A stretch of 63,620 nucleotides of DNA, counting the filler, from Octopus bimaculoides (lineage: Eukaryota), in NCBI RefSeq assembly GCF_001194135.2. It is 7 parts of 6 records of this genome, joined end to end, with 100 filler letters (N's around TTAATTAATTAA, not from the genome) between each part and the next. Parts side by side here need not be neighbours in the genome. Positions count along the whole stretch, not along the records: positions 47,991 to 54,329 come from NC_068990.1; positions 54,430 to 60,383 come from NC_069002.1; positions 60,484 to 63,620 come from NC_068990.1; 4 more parts are not named here. One strand, written 5' to 3'. The position numbers were made by a program, and so were the translations under genes. Positions 52,971 through 63,620 of this stretch are shown one piece after another. Positions within the stretch are counted from its first letter, which is position 1. Every line of letters starts with the position of its first letter. The notes beneath the pieces are model-generated. The model did not search any database. It had not been told where the DNA came from and was given only the letters and a program-made list of their open reading frames with translations.

Positions 52971-54457
52971 CAGCTTCTATATCCAGATTACAAATTCACA
53001 TTTATACCAATAATAATCGATGGGCTAGCTTTTGTGAGCAAATGCCTAAGTGACAATCTGGTAAGCTGGGATTTTCAGTACGGGAAATCAATCAGCCAAC
53101 TCGCACATTACAAATACAATTTGTAAGTGGAACAGTAAAATTATGCAAGACTTTTCTCAAGTTTAAAATATGACATTGTTTTTGTTTTCTACATTCTAAC
53201 GACGATGCTTTGTATTTATTGATTTTTACTAGGAAAATGTCGACAGTGACTTCGAATTTTCGGCTTACTCGCTGTAATTATTGGAGCATGCAAACAGGTA
53301 AAAAGTTCTCAATGCATTTACGAGAGTATATTCATTTATATTAACCTGATTCTTCGCTCCGTTGCAACTCTGGGTTTTAGGTCACAGTTTTCAATATATT
53401 ATATTTAGTGTTTATTTCTTACGTTTATGGAGAGACCTCAGTACACATTTATAATACATGTGTGTGTGTGTGTGCGTGTGTGTATGTAAAAAGGAGGTAT
53501 GTGAATGTGTGTGTGTGTGCAATGGAAGTGGGATGGTGAACATTCAACGCTGAAAAGAAAAGTCAAACAAAATTTCAACTCTGTGTGAGTATAAGTGTGT
53601 ATGTGTGTGCGTGTACAAAGAAAACCGGAAAAATTTTACTCCGTCGCCGTCGCAAGAAGACGGTAATGGTTCGCTCCCTTGCTTGCAATATATATCGGGT
53701 GCAGATTGCATCGATAACCAGCTGGAGGATGTGTCCTCCTGAGGTTAAAAACGGCAGTAGCGGGACAGCCATGTTGAAGTGGCGATAAACATTATTTCTT
53801 TATTACTTCACTGACAATTTAATCAGACTAGTGTGTGTGTGTGTGTGTATGTATGTGTGTGTGCGTACGTGGGTGTATGTGTGCATGTGTGCATGCGTGT
53901 GTGTGTGTGTGTGCGTGTGCATGAGTGTGTATGTCTGTGTGTCTGCATGTTTGCATATGTGTGCCTGTGTGTGTGCGCGCGTGCCTGTGTATATGCGTGT
54001 GTGCGCACGTGTGTGTGTATGTGTGTGTGCGTGCGTGCGTGTGTGTATGTGTGTGTGTGTGCGTGCTTTTAATATATTTATTCTAATATATATATATTAA
54101 TTTATAAATTCTGAAACTGTAAACGTTGACCCCTAAGCACAATTGCGCCGCCACCTCCATCTCTAAAGCAGATCTCACGGGAGTGCAATGTTTTGTGAAG
54201 GTACCAAATGAATAAGAGTGGGAGAGGTGCGAAAAGAAAAACAAAAACTATGATAAGACTGGGAAATAAGAGAGTCCCGAGGCGAACGAGAGATGTTTGT
54301 ACCGGGAACGCTGGTAATCTTCGAGAAAGNNNNNNNNNNNNNNNNNNNNNNNNNNNNNNNNNNNNNNNNNNNNTTAATTAATTAANNNNNNNNNNNNNNN
54401 NNNNNNNNNNNNNNNNNNNNNNNNNNNNNAAATCTAACTTCTACCCGTTAGCATTTC

Positions 54458-56009
54458 ATATTTCACTGTTTCATGAAATTCATTCGTAGTTTTTTTTATT
54501 GTCATCGGCTATAAAAGTAGTAGTAGTAGTAGTAGTAGTAGAATTAATAGTTGTAGCTGCAGTATAATAGGATGATCGAATTGATTTTCTCCTTGCATAA
54601 AATCAATCTGACGTATAACATTTTTCCACAAGATTCACCAGAGCAGAACGTCAATAAGATGGTAAATTTACAACAAAACTCAGAAAAACGATTACAGTTT
54701 GGAGTATACCGGTATTAGTCACATGGATCATAGTCTGAGAACTACATTGGCAGATGAAGCTAAATATACATATACATGTCAAACCTGCACAGCAAGGAGG
54801 CATTGGCGGTACAGTGTGAAGGCTACAGGCGTCTCTTGAACATGTAATCGCAGCTCTCTTAATTTTGTCACTGTAAAAAAAAGAATATAATAAGAAATAA
54901 AATAAAATATTAAATTAAGGTTTCTCATTAAGGGAGGACGCAGCAAATTTTAAGGGGAGGGATTAGATGAAACTGATGTTTTTGTTATTATCAACGTTGA
55001 TAGAACTAAAGAATCTGATAGAATATGAACTCATAACATGCAGAACCGAAATCAGTACCAGTCATATTTTTCTGTTCTTTTAATGATTGCTAAATGTATT
55101 TCTTCAAATTTAATAACTTAAAGGCAAACACCACAGCGAAGAACGAAGCACTGAGAATTTGGTTCGTTCAATAACTTAAAATCAAAGAGCACAGCAAATG
55201 ACGAAGGACTAAGTATTTGTCACGGTTTAATGTATTTATTTAATTGGAATTTCATTAAAATTTGACGGATACGATTGTCCGACTAATTTGGGTTTGTTAG
55301 AAAACTCATTGTTGTAGATTATGGTTTACAGATTTTCTCTTCTTTTACCATTTCCGTTCTTGGTGCAACATACGTGAATTTCTTTCCAGAATAAATTACA
55401 AAATCAAACTTTTGTTCGTTAATATTTTATATTTCACTGTTTCATGAAATGTATTCATAGTTTTTTTTTTATTGTTATCGGATATAAAAGTAGTAGCAGT
55501 AGTAGTAGATTTAGTAGTTTTAGCTGCAGTATGATAGGATGATCGAATTGATTTTCTCCTTGTATAAAAGCAATCTGACGTATAACATTTTTCCACAAGA
55601 CTCACCAGAGCAGAACGTCAATAAGATGGTAAATTTACAAGAAAAATCAGATAAACGATTACAGTTTGGAGTATACCGGTATTAGTCACATGGATCATAG
55701 TCTGAGAACTACATGGGCAGCTTTGGGCAAATGCACATCTACATTTCAAACCTGCGCAGCAACGAGGCACTGACGGAGAATCGTTAGAGTCACAGGTTCC
55801 TCTTGAACATATAATAACAGATCTCTTAATTTTGTCACTGTAAAAAACCCAGTATATAATAGGAGATAAAATAAAATACTAAATTAAGGGAGGAGGCAAG
55901 CAAAGAACTATAGATTCTGATGGAATTCGAACTCATAACATGCGGTACCGAAATCAGCACCAGTCATATTTTTCTGTTCTTTTAATGATTGCTAAATGTA
56001 TTTCTTCAA
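54458..56009. repeat. Diverged direct duplication (54458-55107 and 55429-56009, offset about 970 bp)
   Basis: Long shared blocks, e.g. CAGTTTGGAGTATACCGGTATTAGTCACATGGATCATAGTCTGAGAACTACAT, in both copies. Confidence 0.9.
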
Positions 56010-56734
56010 CTTTCTCAACTATTAAGAAAATATAATTAAAGATCCAGATTATATATGGCGTTGAAAAAATAAGGAATGCGTTGAAGCGTCGCCTGTTGGT
56101 AGTCGGAAGGTATGTCTGTGAATACATGACTTTAGCTTAACTTNNNNNNNNNNNNNNNNNNNNNNNNNNNNNNNNNNNNNNNNNNNNNNNNNNNNNNNNN
56201 NNNNNNNNNNNNNNNNNNNNNNNNNNNNNNNNNNNNNNNNNNNNNNNNNNNNNNNNNNNNNNNNNNNNNNNNNNNNNNNNNNNNNNNNNNNNNNNNNNNN
56301 NNNNNNNNNNNNNNNNNNNNNNNNNNNNNNNNNNNNNNNNNNNNNNNNNNNNNNNNNNNNNNNNNNNNNNNNNNNNNNNNNNNNNNNNNNNNNNNNNNNN
56401 NNNNNNNNNNNNNNNNNNNNNNNNNNNNNNNNNNNNNNNNNNNNNNNNNNNNNNNNNNNNNNNNNNNNNNNNNNNNNNNNNNNNNNNNNNNNNNNNNNNN
56501 NNNNNNNNNNNNNNNNNNNNNNNNNNNNNNNNNNNNNNNNNNNNNNNNNNNNNNNNNNNNNNNNNNNNNNNNNNNNNNNNNNNNNNNNNNNNNNNNNNNN
56601 NNNNNNNNNNNNNNNNNNNNNNNNNNNNNNNNNNNNNNNNNNNNNNNNNNNNNNNNNNNNNNNNNNNNNNNNNNNNNNNNNNNNNNNNNNNNNNNNNNNN
56701 NNNNNNNNNNNNNNNNNNNNNNNNNNNNNNNNNN

Positions 56735-56768
<34 letters not shown>

Positions 56769-57649
56769 ATATATATATGTATGTATATATATATATATTA
56801 GAATTGAAAAGGGTTAAAGAATGTCATAATAAACCTTCAAAAGTATGGGACTAATATTATTGCTAAAAAATATTGGAATCAATCTATCTTGTACATTCTG
56901 TTGCATACATACATACATGCATGCATACACATACATACATGCATACATACATACATACATACATACATACATAAATGCATACATATATACAAATGTGTGT
57001 GTGTGGTTTGGCAGGGCAGTTATGTGAATAAACAAATTAGATATATATTAAACGTTACATTTTGGGTATGAAATATGTATATGTGTATATGGTATACGTA
57101 TACATGCAAAACGAGATTCCACTTAGGAATCTCTACATGGAACTCTTACTACAGAAAACAAACGACTTCATTACTTGTTTTGTAGCCATGAAATTGTGAC
57201 CATGTAAATTTCAAAACGTAATTTTTCAGAAAAAATGGGGAAAATGGGAAAACATGAAAGAATATTTGTTTTAAGAGTGCTGTGTATTAAGTCTATAAGA
57301 TTGTGCATAAAATATATAAAGTGTATATATAAAGTGTATTAAGTAATCATCGTATTCCAATTTCCTTCACATTTCGATTCATAGCAAATGAGCGACTAGC
57401 TTTAGTCACAGACACAACGCAGGCTACCCTTTCAGGTTTTTTAAAATACAGTTTTCAGAAATATCGCAATAGGTTTATTATCAATTCCGTGAAATATTCA
57501 CGAGTCCCGCTAGTGTATAAATAAAGTGTTTGGTATTGTTTAATGTCGCAAGGTAAAGTTCCGAAAAACAAGTTTAAACGATCAAATGTTCAAATGTTCG
57601 TAGAAGGCTCAATGAGTTTTACAAGGACAGATAATAATATAAGTGAAAA

Positions 57650-57860
57650 TATTCGGTGAAGATCCTAAGAAATGTACATTATTTAAAGTTCAGTGATATT
57701 GTTGGGGCATTGGGATATGTAACGAACTGCCTCAACAAAAACCTGGAAAAATTAGGGTTCTCAAAACCTGAAAGAAAAGGGCTGATTAGAAGACTACAGA
57801 TTCAACCCATCAATGGAACTGTAAAGATTTGTAAAACTGTCCAAAAATTTAGCACATAAA
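57650..57860 (+). mobile_element. R4-clade subfamily B extreme 3' RLE fragment
   Basis: IVGALGYVTNCLNKNLEKLGF..LIRRLQIQPINGTVKICKT..F*. Confidence 0.75.
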
Positions 57861-58368
57861 TACATATGCATGCATCTAGACATAAAAACGCATCCATAAA
57901 ACAAACATACAAATCTGCGCATACACTAACACCAAATACTGCACACACACACATATGCACAAATACCTAGATGATGTTGATAAAAGTTCCAATGAAGGAG
58001 CCTTGAATCTATGTTNNNNNNNNNNNNNNNNNNNNNNNNNNNNNNNNNNNNNNNNNNNNNNNNNNNNNNNNNNNNNNNNNNNNNNNNNNNNNNNNNNNNN
58101 NNNNNNNNNNNNNNNNNNNNNNNNNNNNNNNNNNNNNNNNNNNNNNNNNNNNNNNNNNNNNNNNNNNNNNNNNNNNNNNNNNNNNNNNNNNNNNNNNNNN
58201 NNNNNNNNNNNNNNNNNNNNNNNNNNNNNNNNNNNNNNNNNNNNNNNNNNNNNNNNNNNNNNNNNNNNNNNNNNNNNNNNNNNNNNNNNNNNNNNNNNNN
58301 NNNNNNNNNNNNNNNNNNNNNNNNNNNNNNNNNNNNNNNNNNNNNNNNNNNNNNNNNNNNNNNNNNNN

Positions 58369-58414
<46 letters not shown>

Positions 58415-58786
58415 AAAACATGATTAATGCGATGAGGTTCAATACTACTAATTCACGTAACCTGAACACCTGTGTAGAAGAAGAATAAGAAGCCGTAACT
58501 AGAATAACTCATTTCAAACAATATTAAATTTATATCCTCAGTGATGTCAATGTTTATCACTGAATGTTAGAGCAACATCTGCGTTTCAAGAAGTTAGACT
58601 ACAGTTTTCCTAAGGAAATTAGGTTACAGATATCTGAAGACGCAAAGACAGGTTGCACCATCTCTTTTCAGCATATCTTACCTAGGGTCTCAAACAAATG
58701 CTGTATGGTGGATGGATTTTATGACTGGTTACTTCGGCTGAGAACTAAGATCTCACAAACGATGCCTGCTGACCAAAATCATAATA

Positions 58787-59636
58787 CAGTGTGCGATGAG
58801 TTAATTGTCCCCATTTGATATTTTTAATTTTGCGCATGCGCATTGTTTGTTTTTGATTTTGTCGACTATACAGCATAATGGGTACCGTCTGTGAGAAAAA
58901 CAGCACCATGATGCAGTTCATTCTGCTAGAAACTTGGAAACGACATGCTGTACTGCTTGGCATTCAAGCAGAAAGCTCCAATACGAACAGATGGTGAACA
59001 CACCAAACACCCGTTGGCTTGCCGTGTCCCCAAAACATGTTCTGGGAGTGATAAAAATGAGACATCCAGTCAACATGATGGTGATCACTAGTGATGGTGA
59101 CCTTATGCCTCCATTCATCTTCCCACACTGCCTCAGATTCAATACAGAGGCCTACATCAAGTGCATGGCGAAGGTAGTGCTGTCCGGGGTCAAGAGGGTG
59201 GCCTCTAGAAAGCCCTATGTCTGGAAACAGGACCATGGTACACAAGCAGTAGAACACAGGAATGGCTGTCAGACAATTTCTACGACCATATCACCCCTAA
59301 AATCTGGCCACGTAACTCTCAAAACTGTAATCTCCTTGATTATTATATGAGCGAGAGACCAACAAAACTCCTTGTAACACCAAAGATGAACTGAAGGTAA
59401 GGATTATGGCAGCATTCACTAACTTAAAAAAGGAGACCGTCTAGAAGAGTTTCAGGAGATTTCGAAGACGTCTGGAGGATGTGGTTGAAGCCAATGGCGA
59501 TTTTATTGAATACATTTACGATTTAGTATTTCAAAATATTTTAATGTAATTTTGATAAGTGTATCTGTCAAAATGAGATATCAGTGTTATTTTCATTTTT
59601 GCGTAATTTAGACGACAGATCATTCACCACTCCCTG
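58787..59636 (+). mobile_element. Internally deleted Tc1/mariner-superfamily transposon, maT/DD37D-like
   Basis: TSDGDLMPPFIFPH..LRFNTEAYIKC..YVWKQD..(D)CNLLDYY..ERETNKTPCNTKDELK..VVEANGDFIE; degenerate TIRs CAGTGTGCGATGA / TCACCACTCCCTG with TA on both sides. Confidence 0.85.
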
Positions 59637-60483
59637 TATATTACAGTATTATCAGCATTTCGTCAGAAATCGGTGGAGGTAAGTCTATAATGTCTTATTT
59701 ATTGGGAACATAAACGAAATGCCTTTTCCCCTTCATATGATCGAGAATCAAAACCTAAACCAATGCAAATGAAAAACAAAAGTGAAGAGAAAAATCAAAC
59801 GGCGCCGAGAAAAACTGGAATCAAGAAAAATAGGATTACATCATAGAACACTAAGATTACTTGGATTCTCTGTTAGGTTCTGTTGTGCTTAGGTCTTCTA
59901 ATATAAAATCTCAAGCAAAGGAGACATAGAGAGAAATGTCATCCATGGATACACAAGGATGGATGAATAAATATGCTCAAAGTCTTTGTTTTAGAGAGAT
60001 TGTGAAAAAAACCATCTTTCTCTTTCTTCCCCACCTTTTCTATGTAAACTTAATATGACTTAACTTAAAATTATGTACATTTGTTAGGATCTTCACCGAA
60101 AGTTTATACTTATATTACTGTCCAACACTGGAGCATATTGAGATTTCTGTGAAAGTTTGTCGTATATATATATGTATATATATAAAGGAGACCACTAAGT
60201 GGACTGCTAATGTGCTAGAAGATCACCGAATCTTCTGATTCTTTTAATGTGCTGGTTTCCTGGTATTAAATTGATATTAATTATATCCAATTTTTTTTAC
60301 CCTACTATTTTAATTAACCATAACCACGTTCTCAAAGTTGGTAAATTCGATGCAGAAATTATTTTCTGCAGAGATATTTCCGGNNNNNNNNNNNNNNNNN
60401 NNNNNNNNNNNNNNNNNNNNNNNNNNNTTAATTAATTAANNNNNNNNNNNNNNNNNNNNNNNNNNNNNNNNNNNNNNNNNNNN

Positions 60484-60852
60484 GATGTTGCTGCACCTCT
60501 TATGTGTCCATAGCTTGCACCGGGTACATCTTATAGAGTTACTACCTACTCCTTTTCTACATACTGAGCAGGGCCATCTACCTGAAGGGGTTTGTGTTTT
60601 ATCTACCTTCCTACTTATTAGGATTTTGGTTTTAGCTAGGTTGACTCTAAGGCCCTTCAATTCTAGACCTTGCTTCCACACCTGAAACTTCTCCTCTAGT
60701 TCTGATAGTGACTCTGCAATTAGGGCAAGGTCATCAGCATAGAGGAGCTCCCAGGGGCAACCTGTCTTGAACTCCTCTGTGATTGCCTGGAGGACTATGG
60801 TAAATAATAGGGGGCTGAGGACGGAACCTTGGTGGACCCCTACCTCTACCAA
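60484..60852 (-). mobile_element. RTE-clade LINE RT fragment (GSVLSP, YADD) followed by a Cys-rich finger
   Basis: VGVHQGSVLSPLLF..LLYADDLAL..KGLRVNLAKTK..WPCSVCRKGVGSNSIRCTRCKLWTHKRCS. Confidence 0.9.
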
Positions 60853-61304
60853 GGTTCCGTAAATGTCTATGCATATATATGCATACGCATCAATTATTCA
60901 ATACATTTGCTCTTAACCTAGTTTTGCACACCTTTTCCAGTGTCTAAGTATTCTTTCATTTGAAACTACTTTTAAAGGTGATATCTTTATGGTATGTGAA
61001 TAGTTAAAAAGTCATATTTCTAAGTTCAATCTGTATAGGTGAGTAACCGTGTTGGGAGATACTTATACCAACATCTACCAACACCAAATTGTTGCCGAAT
61101 TCATGGTGATATATACCAATAAGCACATAAATATAGTACAGTTTAATCGAAAGTGAAAATAAAATAAATAAATGAAAATGAGGGTTTTATAATTTGCGAC
61201 AATATAAATATGTTATAATTATCATCAATTACATCATCATCCTCACCACAGTGATGATGGTGATGACGACGACAACAACAACAATAACTACAGTAATAAT
61301 TATA

Positions 61305-61950
61305 ATGGTTTCAAATTTTGGCACAAGGCCTGTAATTTTGGAATAGTGGATAAATCAATTACAGTGACCCCAGTGCTCAACCCAGAAAGGATGAAAGGCA
61401 AAGTTGACCTCAGTGGCATTTGAACTCAGAACATAATGATGGATAAAATGCTGCTAAGCATTTTGCCTGGCATGCTAACAATTCTACCAGCTTGCTGCCT
61501 TGTACTGTTGACTAATATTAATTTCAAGTTTTGGCATAAGGCCAGCAATTTCAGGGAAGGGGCTAAATTGATTACATTGACCCCACTGTTCAACTAGCAC
61601 TTATCTTATTAACCCTGAAAAGATGAAAAGCCAAGTGGACCTTGGCAGAATTTGAACTGAAAATGTAAAGACAGATGAAAGGCCATTAAAAGCATGTTAA
61701 TGATTCTGCCAGCTCACTACCTAATGTTTGACTAATAATCATTTCTACTACAGGCACAAGGCCTGAAATTTGGGGAAGGGGAATAGTTGATTACTTTGAC
61801 CCCAGTACTCAACTGGTATTTATTTTACCAACTTTGAAAAGATGAAAGGCAAAGTGGACCTTGGCAGAATTTGAACTCAGAATGTAAAGACAAATGAAAT
61901 GTCACTAAGCATTTTGCCTGGTATGCTAATGATTCTGCCAACTTGCTGCC
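61305..61950 (-). mobile_element. Three head-to-tail copies of SINE family 2, CpG-decayed
   Basis: Units at about 61305-61502, 61515-61725 and 61745-61950, each matching the 51905 copy but with CG changed to TG/CA. Confidence 0.85.
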
Positions 61951-62814
61951 TAATGTTGACTAATAATAACAACTAACGATGGTCACTTACAACAAGGAAC
62001 AATAGATGGACCAGGTTCAGCATTATAAAGGATAACAACAGCAAAGTCATTGTTATGCAAGTTGTAATAGCATGCATATAAGCTGATCAAAGCTATTCAA
62101 GAAAGGAAACGTGGCTGCAGTGCAATCTTTTGATTAGTACAATACAATATGACACAACAATGGCATTGCCAACAAGACATGGAGAATTGATTTTATCTGA
62201 TCCAGATCTGACTGAAGCCTGGTTGAGGTGTTTATTAGCTACTGCAAGAATATAAAAAGATGCTGGACAATGATGAATCCAAGTAAATATCGAAAGCAGG
62301 AGTTGAGAACATTAAAAGAGTCTCAATAATGGTATATCCTAAAGTGTTGGAAGAAATGAAATGTGAAGACATAAAGGAAACAATAATATTGATGAGACCA
62401 AAGAAGTTGATTATGGCTGCAGGAACATGGTTTTTTGGCTTCAAGGCAAATACCATCAGAATCTATTCAAAAGCATTAAGAAAGATAAAGAGAAGCTGTC
62501 TGCTTCTGTGAATTTGACAAGCTGGGAACAGAAAAACTGTCTGGAGAGGATGACCAGATGACCTTATACAAATGTAACTGATTGATGGACAGTTAAATCC
62601 TTCTCGTCAGTCTAAAATATTACAAAACATGCAATTTCAGCAGATGATGTTTGCAGGTTGGGTCAGACACATTCAGCAATTTGAGATGATTAATGATTTC
62701 AATTTGACTCCAGTTAGTGATAATAATGGAATCATCAAAGAAATGACTGTATCATGTGTAGATAAGAATCATCAAAAGATGGTAAACCAGCTGCAGCTTT
62801 AATAGAAAACTACG

Positions 62815-63208
62815 TGTCTTTGTGTTTGTGCTTGTCTCCCTCCATTGCTTGACAATTGGTATTAGTTTGTTTATGTCCCACTAACTTATGGGTGTGGCAA
62901 AAGTGGTCAATAGAATAAATACCAGATTTAAAAATGAAAATAAGTACTGTGGTCGATTTATTTGATTAAACCCTTCAATGTGATGCTCCAGCATGGGATG
63001 CAGTCCTATGACTGAATTGAGTAATAAATAAAAAAAAAATATGGAGATGCCATAATTATGTGATAAGGAAGCTCTCTTTGCAGCCATATGGTTCTAGATT
63101 AAATCCTAATGTGCTGTAAGCTTGGACTAATTGTTTTCTGTTGTTGGCTTGGTTTGACCAATATCTGTGAGTAAAATTTGGTCCAGTGTATGATATAATG
63201 TGAATGAC

Positions 63209-63244
<36 letters not shown>

Positions 63245-63456
63245 ATGTATGTATGTATAACTTTAAACTGTATCTAGTAGCAGGGCCCTGTTTTAGGAGT
63301 TCCAGGGTGCTGCATAGTGTGGGACCACCTCTTGGCCACTGTTATTCCCAGGTCTATTCTAATCAGGGTAGTAGCACCTATCAGAGTCTCGGCTATGGAT
63401 TAATTAGCATGTCATGGAATTGTATTTAGAAGTCAGAAACTGAAAGAAGCCCATTG

Positions 63457-63537
<81 letters not shown>

Positions 63538-63620
63538 GTAAATATCTGTGTGTGTGTGTCTCTGTATCTGTGTTTATCCTCAACCACTGCTTGACAACTG
63601 GTGCTGTTCGACTAAAACCT
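62815..63620 (+). mobile_element. CpG-decayed SINE family 1 pieces
   Basis: ATTGCTTGACAATTGG..GTGATGCTCCAGCATGG versus the intact ATCGCTTGACAACCGA..GCGGTGCTCCAGCATGG at 8085-8225. Confidence 0.7.

Noticed and set aside
56084-56100. CTCF-like motif GCGTCGCCTGTTGG
   Set aside because: Three mismatches to the core consensus; not distinguishable from chance.

Overview
AT-rich, microsatellite-saturated animal genomic DNA from a gapped draft assembly. The repeat content (tRNA-headed composite SINEs, long (AAT)n/(AT)n/(ATAC)n arrays) looks like a cephalopod, probably Octopus; this is inference, not a database match. Most of the window is transposon debris: a Tx1/L1 LINE fragment, many R4/Dong-clade (RLE-type) non-LTR fragments of two subfamilies, a Penelope-like element (RT + GIY-YIG) between the arms of a foldback-type inverted-repeat element, mariner and maT (DD37D-like) relics, an RTE fragment, MITEs and several SINE families. 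One plus-strand host gene is supported by a phase-consistent chain of exons at about 41.6-47.4 kb; it encodes a low-complexity, charged, probably disordered protein I cannot name. The most notable signals are (1) minimal type I hammerhead-ribozyme motifs of the Penelope-associated dimer-cleaving kind at 14.75 kb and 35.07 kb, the first belonging to a repeat unit whose other copy carries a tRNA-like Pol III head right behind the GIY-YIG stop codon; (2) a tandemly duplicated cassette-type exon with a conserved intronic GAAA-tetraloop hairpin; (3) all four head/tail combinations of two SINE modules within one window; (4) an apparent CpG-decay (methylation footprint) boundary near 61 kb. Nearly all ORFs in the supplied track are microsatellite or N-gap artefacts. 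No CRISPR array, rRNA or intact tRNA gene was seen. Coordinates were counted by hand, and TE boundaries are approximate.
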